Shown here one piece after another: positions 10,300-21,425 of a DNA stretch of 64,000 nt; position 1 is the first letter of the stretch; each line of letters opens with the position of its first letter. The notes below the pieces were generated by a model that was not told the origin of the DNA, made no database searches, and saw only the letters and a program-made list of their open reading frames with translations. A program made the position numbers and the translations under genes. The stretch lies in contig CAWFGE010000024.1 in the NCBI GenBank assembly GCA_963815195.1, positions 32,001 through 96,000 on the forward strand, given 5' to 3'. This DNA comes from an uncultured Planctomycetaceae bacterium (GTDB lineage: Bacteria > Planctomycetota > Planctomycetia > Planctomycetales > Planctomycetaceae).

Positions 10300-11301
10300 T
10301 TACTTTTTCTTCGAAGATCGCCTGGAGGATTTCCGCTTGGCGGGGGCTTGGGTATCTTTTTTCTTCGCGGAAGTTTTTCCGTTGGTCGTCTGCTTTTTCT
10401 TGGCAGACTTTTTCTTCGCGGTTCTCTTCTTCGCGGATTTTTTCTTGGCAGACTTTTTCTTCAACGTTTTCTGTTCCGCGGCTTTCTTCTTGGACGCTTT
10501 CTTTTTGACCGACTTCTTCTTAACCGACTTTGGGACTTCAGATCGCTTTGTGGATTTTTGGGACTTTGGGGGCGTCTCGGACGGGGGGAGCATGTCGATT
10601 CCAAAAATGTCCGACAGGTCTTCGCCGGTGAGTTGTTTGCCGCCGGGCGCGTGGAGTTCGGTGTCGAGTGCGGTCCCCGCATCCGTTTGGATCAGTTCCT
10701 CCACATCGACTCCGCGGAGCGCGAACAACAAACCCGGCGAATGATCGAGCCGCGCCCCGACGCCATAGAGCACGGCGGCAATGTGTTTGCACATGCCGGC
10801 CCAATCGGGGCAGTCACAGGTGAACTCGATTTCGCCGGGCAGGGGGAACAGGCCCTCCTTCCGATCCGTCACCACCAGCATAAGATTGTCCGACAACTCG
10901 CCGGAAAGCAATTCCAATAGCGAGCCAATCTGCCCGGTGCATTGTTTTTTGAGCGCCGTCCATTTCTTGGGAGGCAGCGTCGAAATCTCGACCGAGACGT
11001 TGTAGAGTTCGCTGCCGCTGACGATGGCTTCGATTTGGCCTTTGGCGATCTCCAGATGGCAGACGGAACCGTTTCTGACATAAGTCCGTCCCCGCGGCAG
11101 GCGGTTGGAAAAGTCGCTGAACGATTCCAAATGATCGCACCACCCCTGGCCCCAGAACGTCCTGGCGATTTTTCGGCCTTCGATTTCGATCGGCTCGATT
11201 TTCTTGCCCCGCTTATTGAGCCGGGCCATCTCGCGTTTGGCGTTAGCCCGCCGCTGGGCGACGGAGACATAGGGGCGAAATCCGTAGTAGCCGTAACCCA
11301 T
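10300..11301 (-). CDS. SWIM zinc-finger protein with histone-H1-like Lys-rich tail
   Basis: NRLPRGRTYVRNGSV, CDCPDWAGMCKH (SWIM CxCxnCxH) and KKKSAKK repeats; AGGAGG RBS. Confidence 0.9.
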   Translation of the reverse strand: MGYGYYGFRPYVSVAQRRANAKREMARLNKRGKKIEPIEIEGRKIARTFWGQGWCDHLESFSDFSNRLPRGRTYVRNGSVCHLEIAKGQIEAIVSGSELYNVSVEISTLPPKKWTALKKQCTGQIGSLLELLSGELSDNLMLVVTDRKEGLFPLPGEIEFTCDCPDWAGMCKHIAAVLYGVGARLDHSPGLLFALRGVDVEELIQTDAGTALDTELHAPGGKQLTGEDLSDIFGIDMLPPSETPPKSQKSTKRSEVPKSVKKKSVKKKASKKKAAEQKTLKKKSAKKKSAKKRTAKKKSAKKKQTTNGKTSAKKKDTQAPAKRKSSRRSSKKK

Positions 11302-11480
11302 GCGAAACCTCCTGTAAAATCGTCCTTGGGGTCGTCCGTCTTCTGTGTTCTTACACGGATTCTATAAAACCCTCGGCAAAAAATCACGATCAGACAGTCT
11401 CTCTGTCAAAGATTTTTAAGGGTTCCATGCATTCCCGCAAGGGCCCTCCTTAGAGCGATTCGCCGAATCGTGAGTGGCCC

Positions 11481-14189
11481 TTACAGCGTGGCCCGTTCCA
11501 CATCCAGAGACACGAGTTCTATCAGTTCTTCGTTGGAAAGTTCTGTCAGCAGTTTTTCGCCGCCCTCTTCGAGGAGTTCCTTGGTGAGTTGGAGCTTCTC
11601 GGTGATCATCTCGTCGATGCGTTCTTCGATGGTGCCTTGGCAGACGAACTTGTGCACCAGCACGTTTTTCTTTTGTCCGATGCGGAAGGCCCGGTCGGTG
11701 GCTTGATTTTCAATGGCCGGGTTCCACCAGCGATCGAAATGCACCACATGGGAAGCCGCCGTGAGGTTCAGCCCCGTGCCCCCGGCTTTGAGGGACAAAA
11801 TGAAAAACGGCGGGCCGTCCTCGGCTTGGAAGGACTCGACCAACTGTTTGCGTTTTTTGACCGCCGTTCCGCCGTGGAGGATCAAGCCGGGCCGCGCGAA
11901 GACATCGGCCAAGAAGACCGCGAGGGGGTCGGCCATTTCGCGGAACTGCGTGAAGATCAACATCTTTTCCTGGCGGGAGGCGACCTCTTCCCCGATCTCG
12001 GCGAGCCGGGCGAACTTGCCGCTGTCCGCCGCCGCGAATTTCCCATCCCCCAGCAATTGGCTGGGGTGGTTACAGACCTGTTTGAACCGCATCAAATAGG
12101 CCAAGACCAAACCCCGCCGCCCGATGCCGTCTTTTTTCTTTAAGCTGTCCTTCAATTCCGCGACCAGTTTGGCATAAAGCGCGGCTTGCGATTTGGTCAG
12201 GCCGCAGTAGGCTTTGATCTCGGTTTTTTCCGGCAGGTCGGCGATGATGTGTTTGTCGGTCTTCAACCGCCTTAAAATGTAAGGCTGCACCAACCGCCTT
12301 AAGGGAGCGTAGCGGTCGTGTTGGCGGTCGTTTAAGGATTTGACAAACTGCTTGAACCGCGCGGGATCCTAAAAGCCCGGGACAGAGAAAATCGAACAGC
12401 GACCACAAATCGGCCAAACGGTTTTCCACCGGCGTTCCCGTGAGTGCGATCCGGGCGCTTGCGGAGAGCTTTTTCACCGATTGCGTCTGCCGGGTCGAAG
12501 GGTTTTTGATGGCTTGGGCCTCATCGAGAATCACAAACCGCCACGCGATGTCTTTGAGCCACTTCTGCCGCAACAGCATCCCGTAAGTCGTGATGACGAG
12601 ATCCGTTTTTTGAAAGGCGGTCTCCGGATCGGCTTCCCATTGTTTCTGCTCGTCTTTGGGCGTTTGCGAGGGATGCAAAAACCTGGCTTCGAGCGAGGGG
12701 GCAAACCGCTCGATTTCGGATTTCCAATTCGCCAACAGCGACGCGGGCAACACCAACAGCGACGGCTTCGCGGATTTCTGCGATTGCGTCTGTTGGGACA
12801 AGAGCATCGCGATGACCTGAACCGTTTTCCCGAGGCCCATGTCGTCGGCCAGGCACGCCCCGAGCCCGAGGCCGGTCAGAAACGAAAGCCAATTCACGCC
12901 CACGTCTTGATAGGGCCTGAGGTCCGCTTTGAGGGTGTTCCCCGGAGCGGTTCGTTTAAGGCTCTGGGGATCGCGCAAATCGGCGAGAATCTCTTCCAGC
13001 CATTTCCCGGCCTGGATGAAGGACCATTCCCGCTCGGTGTCGGCACCGTCTTCGCTCGACAGGTCGGCAGGGGCGCCGGCCAAGAGCCGCATGCCTTCCA
13101 CGAACGAAATCCCGCCGGCGCTTTGGCCTTCCACCTGCTTCCAATGTTCCAAAGCCTGGCTGAGTTGCTCGCGATCGACTTCCACCCACTGGCCTTTGAG
13201 CAACACCAATCCGTTACCGGCGGCGAGAAGTTCCTCGAGTTCCGCTTCGGTCAATTCCTCGCTGCCCAAGGCGAGTTGCACGCGGAAATCGAGCATCGCA
13301 TTGAAGTCCAAGGACTTTCGGCGCTCATCGCCGATCGTGATGCCCACCCGCGGGCGGGGCGCTTCTTCCACCAATCCGGCAGGCGAACCAGGATGCCGCT
13401 GTCTTCGAAGATCGGCACCTCCTTCAGGAAGCGATACGCCTCGGCCGGCGTCCAGGCGAGCGGGTGGTAAATCGCGTGGGTCTCGACCAACTCCTTGACC
13501 AGTTCGCTTTGCTTGGAAGCCCGGTGCACCGGAGAGAGGAGCCGCACGAGCCCCGGCTTGTTTTTCGCCCCGGCGTAATCCGTCAAAGCCTGACTGAGCG
13601 GTTGATACTGCACTTTCCCGCTTTGACCCAACTGCGGGGCATAGGTGGCTAGGAAGGCAAAGGGGTGATCGGGGTCGCGCTTGTTCTCGGCCAGATGAAA
13701 ACACACCCGCCCCACCTGATGCCAACGCGGAGCCTTGGCCTTCAGAAACTCGGCGAGCGAACCCGACCGGCTGACCTCTTGATGCACCCACGCCTCGAGT
13801 TCCTGCCAAAGCGATTCCAAAACGTGCGGCGTGATATATTCCGCCCCGCGCATCGGCGGGGCTTCCAAGGCCCAGGTCGCGAGTTCCCCGGCAGCCGGTG
13901 GCGACACGGGCGCCATAAGGCCTGGGGGTTCTTCGGGAGTTTGGCAGAGCTTCGTCACGAACAGGGCGGCAAAGTCCCGCCAATAGCGAAACCCCGGCAG
14001 CGCGAAGCCGCTTCCCTCCAGACGCGTCAACGCGAGCAAACCCTCCGCCGAGCTTTTCTCAAAGGCTTTCGCGAGTCCCTTCTCCTGGCGATCGGACAGT
14101 CCTCCCGGCCCGTTCGCAGCGAACTCGCCCTCATCGTGTGAGGCCAGAGCAATCGACAAATGCCCGGCCGGGGTTAAAACCAATTCCAT
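11481..14189 (-). CDS. SNF2-family helicase/ATPase (frameshifts near 13360 and 12360)
   Basis: LRPYQ, LADDMGLGKT, DEAQAIKN, TGTPVENRL, SLKAGGTGLNLT, DRWWNPA and QATDRAFRIGQ are spread over three overlapping ORFs. Confidence 0.9.
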
Positions 14190-14712
14190 TTCGTTTGAAC
14201 TCCCACATCCTGATAACTGGAATTTCCACCGCCAAAGTATCGCGAACGGGCCAGCCAGTTCAACACACAGCCCGGCTTTCGCCTGTGAGCCCCCCGATCC
14301 GGATGCAAAGTGATCGACTCTGATTCCCCTTGGATGCCAATGCATCAGCAGAATCCGCCGGCAATCCCTCGTAATTCAGATAATCGGAGCGGTCTCCCGT
14401 TCGCGGCGGCACGCGATCTGTGAACATGTCGCGGCCGGCGGCACTGAGAAAGCCCCCGAAGCCGATCCAAAGGACGCCGACCTGTGGACGGCCCGGGCGA
14501 GGTTGGAGGCCGATGTTCCCTTTTCCAAAGATCGCACCGCGCCCGCCAGATCACCGGGCGGCGAATCTCCGCAAAATGAGAGGAGCGCAAGGGGGGCCTC
14601 GGCCGCTTTCTCATCCAACCGGAATTGACTATTGGCTCTGGCCGATGGGCATGTTAGCATGGTGTACCCTTCTTAAGGTCCGCTCGGTTGACATCCTTTC
14701 ATTTCGGGTTCT

Positions 14713-15303
14713 GTGATTGTGAGTCTTCTTTCGACGTCGGCGAGTTTATTGCAGCGGGTCGAGCAGTTGGATCCCGCCGCCTGGGAACGGCTGAGTTCCC
14801 TTTACGGGCCGATCGTGTATGGCTGGTGCCGGCGGGCGGACTTGCAGGAAAACGACGCGGCGGATTGCACGCAGGAAGTGTTTCGTTCGGTCTTTCAACA
14901 CTTCAGCGAGTTTCATGGGAAATCGAAGGGCGGCAGCTTTCGGGGGTGGGTGTGGACCATCACGCTCAATCAAATTCGGCTGCACTTTCGCCAGGCCCGA
15001 AACCGGGCCCATCCCTTGGGGGGAACTGCCGCCCGGCAGATGCTGGCTCAACTGCCCGAACCCAATCTCCCCCGCGAAGAACCCGATGCGGACGCCAGCC
15101 AGCGGCGGGTGATCTGGCGAACTTTGGAATGGGTGCGGGGCGATTTTTCGGAAACGACCTGGGCGATTTTTGAGCGGACGACGCTCGAACACCAGACGTA
15201 CCAAGAAGTTGCGGAAGAACTCGGCATGACGGACAATGCCGTGCGGCAGGCGAGATTCCGCGTGCTCCGCCGGCTCCGCGAGGAACTGGAAGGCCTGCTT
15301 TGA
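14713..15303 (+). CDS. ECF sigma-70 factor, kinase-associated planctomycete type
   Basis: STSASLL.R, AWERL..LYGP, DAADCTQEVF, GSFRGW and sigma4 HTH 'EVAEELGMTDNAVRQAR.RVLRRLR'. Confidence 0.93.
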   Translation: MIVSLLSTSASLLQRVEQLDPAAWERLSSLYGPIVYGWCRRADLQENDAADCTQEVFRSVFQHFSEFHGKSKGGSFRGWVWTITLNQIRLHFRQARNRAHPLGGTAARQMLAQLPEPNLPREEPDADASQRRVIWRTLEWVRGDFSETTWAIFERTTLEHQTYQEVAEELGMTDNAVRQARFRVLRRLREELEGLL

Positions 15304-18300
15304 GCCAATCCCAAAAAATCGCGTAACACCCGCGCATCTTAATTACTGGAAGCGCAAAACTTCCGCGTGAACCGGAACATCGCCCCGTTAGCCGCCAGCG
15401 AAAGAGCACTCGCATGATTGAGCCAACCGCCCCGGACCAAGATCGCCTCGAGCAGCAACTCATCGCACTGGAGCGAAATCCCCAAGCCCCCCACGATACG
15501 ACGGTCTGCAATCTGCATCAGGAGCTCGAAACCTTGGCGGACGATTTGAGACAACCGGTGCCTGTGGATCCCCACGAGGCGGAATCGGCCTGCCAACGCG
15601 CGGTCGAACAAATTCAAACGTTGGCGACGGGCCATGCCGTCAAACCATCCCGCCCGGCGGGCGAGGAGGACTCCGAGCTGAAACCCGAAACGGAGATCGG
15701 CCAGTACAAAATCCTGGCGAAGCTGGGCCAAGGCGGGATGGGCGCGGTTTACAAGGCGCTCCACACGAAATTGGACAAAATCGTGGCCCTCAAAGTGCTC
15801 CCGGAAGATCGGCTGGAAAAGCCCGACGCCGTGGCCCGGTTCGGCCGGGAAATGAAAGCCGTCGGCAAAATCGAACACCCGCATCTCGTGCGGGCCTTGG
15901 ATGCCGGCGAATCCGAAGGTTGCCATTATCTCGTGATGGAATACGTGGACGGCGTCGATTTGTCGCGGCTCTTGAAGCAACATGACAAACTCCCGGTGGC
16001 CACGGCGTGCGAGTTGGTTCGCCAGGCGGCCTTGGGTTTGCAGGCGGCCCATCAAAGCGGGATGGTTCACCGCGACATCAAGCCGGCCAACTTGATGCTG
16101 GCCCGCCAGGAATTCGGGCCGCCGACGGTCAAAGTGCTCGACCTTGGATTGGCGCGGCTCGCCGATGAATCCGGGCAGTTGGAAACCGAACTCACCACCG
16201 ACAACCAGATCATGGGCACCTTGGATTTCATGGCCCCCGAACAAGCCGGCAACAGCCGGGGCGTGGATACGCGCGTGGATATTTACAGCCTGGGGGCGAC
16301 GCTGTTTATGCTGCTCACCGGCCGGCCGCCCTACGCCGGCCCCGAGCATCAGACCATCATTCAAAAGCTAAACGCCCTCGCCAGCGAACCCTTGCCGAGC
16401 ATCAAAGACCTGCGGCCCGATGTCCCGCCGGGCTTGGTCACCGTGCTTCAAAAAATGCTCGCCAAAGATCGAGACGAACGCTACGCCGAACCGATGGACG
16501 TGGCCAAGGCTTTGAAGCCCTTCGCCAACGAGTCGGGTCTGGCCGCGCTCTTGGACGAAGCCGACACCCTCACCAGCACGCCGAGCATGATCCGCAGCAC
16601 GTCCACCTGGGCCGCCCCATCGACGGCGGCGACGGTCGGTTTGACCAAACCCTCGCGCCGATGCGCCTTCATCGCGGCGGCCTTGCTGCTGGCATTGGCT
16701 CCGCTGGTGTATTTGTACGCCGGCACGATCATCCGCTTCGCCACCAATCAAGGCGAACTGGTCATCGAAATCGATGATCCGAACATCGAGGTCAAGGTCC
16801 TGCAAAACGGAGCCATTGTCCAAGACAAAACCAAAGACCGCGAGTTCACGCTGACCGCCGGGAAGGGCGAAATCGAAGTCCTGGAAAAAGATGGCATCAA
16901 GCTGACGACGAAGGAATTCCAACTCACCCGCGGCAAGAAAACGATCCTCAAAGTCACCCTAAAAGAACTCGCGGATGCACGAACGAAACCAATTCCAGTC
17001 AAACCACGGCCGAGTAATTCCAACCCCGGCTTGCATCCTAGGAACTTTGCTCTTGAGTTTGACGGCATGGCGGATTTCGTCGAGATTCCTTCGATCCAAT
17101 ATCAGGGGTCGAACGCCATCACAATTGAATCTCTCGTTCACTTAAAATCCTATGCACATGGCACCATCGTTCGTGGAATGGGCAATGAGGGAAGCCCATC
17201 TCTATGGGTTAAGCCCGATGGAACCGTCAATGGGCATCTGCACACCCGTCAAAATACGGTCGCCGAGACGTCCGAAATCCCTTTGTCAAAAACGGTTCAT
17301 GTGGCCTGTGTCTGGGATGGGCAGAAAGTCAGAATTTTTTTGAACGGCAAGAATTCTGGTTGCGCTGCCGAACGCAAAGCCTTAGCGTGGGAAGACGCTG
17401 GCTTTTTCATTGGTGGGCTGAAGGACGCGTATTTCTTGCACGGCACTCTCGACGAAGTCCGCATTTCCAACATGGCCCGCTACACCAAAGACTTCACGCC
17501 CGCCAAACGCCACGAAACCGACGAACACACCCTCGCCCTCTACCACTTCGACGAAGGCTCTGGCGATGTGCTGAAAGATTCCTCGGGCAACGGGCATCAC
17601 GGGAAAATCGTGGGTGCGACTTGGGTCAAGGAGAATGGGACGAACCAGTATGCACCCGTGGAGCCCGAGGCGAATTATGCCCTCTCGTTCGATGGCCAGG
17701 ACGACTATGTGAAAACGCCCGTCACGCATGATGGGAAGTCGCCCGATTACCATTGAAGCCTATCTCACGCCGTCCCGAGTCGGAACGCGGCCTCATATCG
17801 CGATGACCAATACGAGTCTTACGATTCTTCATCATCCCCATCCCTGGCCGCCGGAAAATAATCGCCCTGTCTGGGCGCGAGCGGGCAGGCGGGCGACAAG
17901 TCAGGAACCCTTGGAGCATCCAGTGGCCAGACTGCCGAACTCAATCGCCAGGTGCATGTTGCGTCCGTCTGGGACGGGACGGCCTTGTCCTTCTTTCTGA
18001 ACGGCAAACGGCACGAGTTCAAGACCGATGGCCGGCGGCAATTCGCTCGTGAACTGCCGGGCGGCCTCCAGGGCTCAAACTTCCCGTTCTTCGTCGGCGC
18101 CGACCCAGGCGGCTACGTGAAATGGAAAGACATTAACCGCCTTTTCGCCGGCCAAATCGACGAAGTCCGCATCTCCAACATCGCCCGGTACACCAACGAC
18201 TTCAAACCTGCCGCGCGCTTTGAACCCGACGAGCACACCCTGGCTCTCTACCACTTCGACGAAGGCGCTGGCGATGTGCTGAAAGATTCCTCGGGCAACG

Positions 18301-19929
18301 GGCATCACGGCAAGATCGTGGGGGCGACGTGGGTGAAAGGTGCTGATTTGGGGCCGGCCATTCCCACCTGGCAACCCACGCCCGAGCAGCAAGCCTTTTT
18401 GGATCAGGTGGCCAAGCTCCCAGCGGAAAAGCAACTCGAAGCGGTCGGCCAAAAGCTCAAGGACGCGAACCCGGGGTTTGATGGAACGCTCTGGCACAAA
18501 CTCGCGGACGGTCAAATCATCTTGCTCAGCCTCAGCACGGACCACATCACAGAACTCTGGCCGGTGCGGGCGCTCCCCCATCTGCAATCGTTGGAGATCA
18601 ACGGATCTGGTGGACCTAACGGAACGGAACGAAACGGCATGCTTACGGATCTCTCTCCGCTGGCCGGCATGCCGTTAACGGCGCATCCACCTGTCCCATA
18701 ACCCCGGATTGATTGATCTGTCTCCGCTCGAAGGCATGCCCCTGCGGGAGTTTAACGCGAGCTATAACCATAGCCTTTCGAATATCTCCGCTTTGCACGG
18801 CATGCCCCTGGAGCGGATTTACTTAATCAAATGCCTTAAGCTTGATGGAAACGATCTAATGGTCGTACGAGAGCTAAGCGATCTTAACATGGTTTGGCTC
18901 TCAGCCACGCCTGTGAGAGATGTGGGATTATTGCACCTCCAGAATCTCAGCAAACTGACTGAGCTTCAACTGTATGCGGCGGGCATCACCGATGAGGGCA
19001 TGAAGCACTTAAAAGGCCTCACCAAGCTGTCGATTCTCAATCTCGATGGCAACCGAATTACCAATTCGGGTTTGGAGCGCCTGCGGGGACTCACCAATCT
19101 GACCGTTCTTAGATTGTTCGGCACGGGCATCACCGATGAGGGATTGGGCGCTCAAACGATCTCGCCAATCTGATGGTTCTCAATCTCGACGGCCAAGCTG
19201 GCATCACCGATGAGGGGTTGGGATCCTTAAAAGGCCTCGTCAAGCTCAACAACCTTTATTTGAGAGGCACATCGATCACTGAACGAGGAGTCCAGGATCT
19301 CCACAAAGCGTTGCCCCAATGCAAGATCGAATGGGACCGCGGCACGGTGGGGCCCGATGTGGCAAGTTGGACTGCCTCTGCCGAGCAGCAAGCATTCTTG
19401 GATCAAGTCGCCAAATTGCCCGCCGAGAAGCAACTTGAAGCGGTTCGGCAGAAATTGCAAGAAGTGAACCCGGGGTTTGACGGCGAACTCCAGCACAAGA
19501 TCGGTGACGGTCAAGTGATTCAACTTCGCTTGATCACGGACCACGTCACGGAACTCTGGCCCATCCGCGCCTGTCACAACTCGAGACTTTGCAAGCGCAA
19601 GGCAGTTCGAGTCCTGGTGGGACGGGGCGAAATGGAAAACTCTCGGACCTCTCCCCGCTGGCGGGAATGCGGTTAACGAAGCTGATTTGCTCACACAACC
19701 CCGACTTGAAAGACATTTCCCCGCTCAGGGGAATGCCCTTGGTTGACCTCAATCTTGGGTATTCCAAAAACATTAGCGGACTCAGTCCCCTTTCCGGGAT
19801 GCCGCTCAAAACTCTGTTCTTGGGCAACGACCATAAGGTCGGAGATGAGGGTGTTCAGCAGTTGGAAAACTTGCGCCAGTTGACCTATCTCAATCTCACG
19901 AATACTCAACTGAAAGACGATGGGCTAAA

Positions 19930-21425
19930 TTCGAGTTTCGCACATTTTGGAGTGAAGATTTGTCTCGATAAAAGGCGGCCTGCCGTGCAGAATCTAGGAA
20001 AGGAAAACGCCTGGATTCTGAAACTCACGGAGGCCGCACATGGAAGGTATCATAACGTTTATGGTTTTGCTCGATGTTTTTCAACCGGTTTTCACTCAGC
20101 CGAGTTTCGCCACGTTTCGTTTGTTGATGACGGGCTGGATTCTCTCGCATCGGCATCGCTACGTCACCGATTTGATTCTCTCCAGCGACTCGGTCGGCAA
20201 CGGCCACTTTTCCGATTACCACCGCTTCTTCAGCCACGCGAGTTGGAGCATCGATCAGCTTTGGCGATTGCTGGCGGGACTGTTGATCAAAGGCTTGATC
20301 GGCTCCGACGCCGTGATTTTGCTGGCGGGCGACGACACGCTCTGCCGCAAGCGCGGACTGGGTTTGTTCGGCGTGGGCATGCATCACGATCCGCTGATTT
20401 CCTCGAAGGCCAAGAAGCTGGTGAGTTGGGGCCACGATTGGGTGACACTGTGTCTGGTGCATCGTGAACCCCTGGTGGGCGCCCACCAAAGTGTTCGCGT
20501 TGCCGATCTGCATGCGGTTGTATCGCAATCGGCAAGGGCTGACGAAGGGGAAGAAGAAAAAGCTCACGAAGCCCAAAGCGAAAAACCCGAAGCACCGCAC
20601 GCGACCGGAACTGATGCGCGAAATGCTGAAACTTGTGGCGGGCTGGTTTCCCGAGCGGCAGTTCTTGTTCGTGGGTGACAGTCTTTACACTGGCGAGAGC
20701 GTGCTGCGTTACCTGCCCGAGAACACGCATATGATTGGTCAGGTGCATCCCCAAGGCGCGATGTACGAACCCGCGCCGGAGAAAAAGCCCGGTCGCGGCG
20801 CGCGCGCAAAAAAGGCGCGCGGCTCTCCACGAAAGAGGAGTGGGCCAACGACGGTTCCGCCTGGACCCGGTTGACGTTCAACCAGTACGGACTGCACACG
20901 ACACTCGAGGTCAAGACCCGCCAGGGGTTGTACTACAAAGCCGGCAAGGACCGCTTGCTCACGTTCGTATTGACACGCGACACCCAAGGCAAGCGCCCGA
21001 TGCAAATTTTCTACTGCACCGATTTGACGAGGGACGCGCGCAGCATCCTGTCCGCCTATGCTTGTCGGTGGTCGATCGAAGTCACGCATCATGACGCCAA
21101 ACAGTATTTGGGTTTGGAAGACCCGGCCAACCGCCTGCCTCCGGCGGTGGAACGCACGGCCCCGATGGCCATGTTCTTATATAGCTTGACCGTCTTGTGG
21201 TATGCCGAGCACGGCCACGCGCACGTGCGGTTTCCGAACCGTCCTTGGTACACGCGCAAGCGCGAGCCGAGTTTTGCAGATATGCTGACCACACTCCGCC
21301 GCTTAACCTGGGAAGAGAAATTATCGACAGTGCCGCCAGGCAGCAGTCTCCAAAATAAAAACATAAACCTGCTAACGTACCTGGCCACCCTCACCGGGTA
21401 ACGCCGGAAATGTGCGAAACTCGAA
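19930..21425 (+). mobile_element. IS701-like insertion sequence with 18-bp perfect terminal inverted repeats and 5-bp target duplication CTAAA
   Basis: TTCGAGTTTCGCACATTT at 19930-19947 and its reverse complement at 21408-21425; CTAAA at 19925-19929 and 21426-21430. Confidence 0.93.
20040..21401 (+). CDS. DDE transposase (IS701-like), frameshifts near 20463 and 20810
   Basis: GDDTLCRKRG, WGHDWV, VGDSLY and Y-x-x-R-W-x-I-E-x-x-x-x-x-x-K (YACRWSIEVTHHDAK) over three ORFs. Confidence 0.88.

Noticed and set aside
10300..14189. SNF2 + SWIM as a named anti-phage system (e.g. DISARM/Zorya)
   Set aside because: No methylase, nuclease or other partner genes of those systems are adjacent.
17451..18338. 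Repeat pair as DGR template/variable repeats
   Set aside because: Mismatches are not adenine-specific, both copies are coding, and no reverse transcriptase is in the window.
20455..20830. Programmed frameshifting in the transposase
   Set aside because: IS701-like transposases are normally single ORFs and the whole window has a high indel rate.
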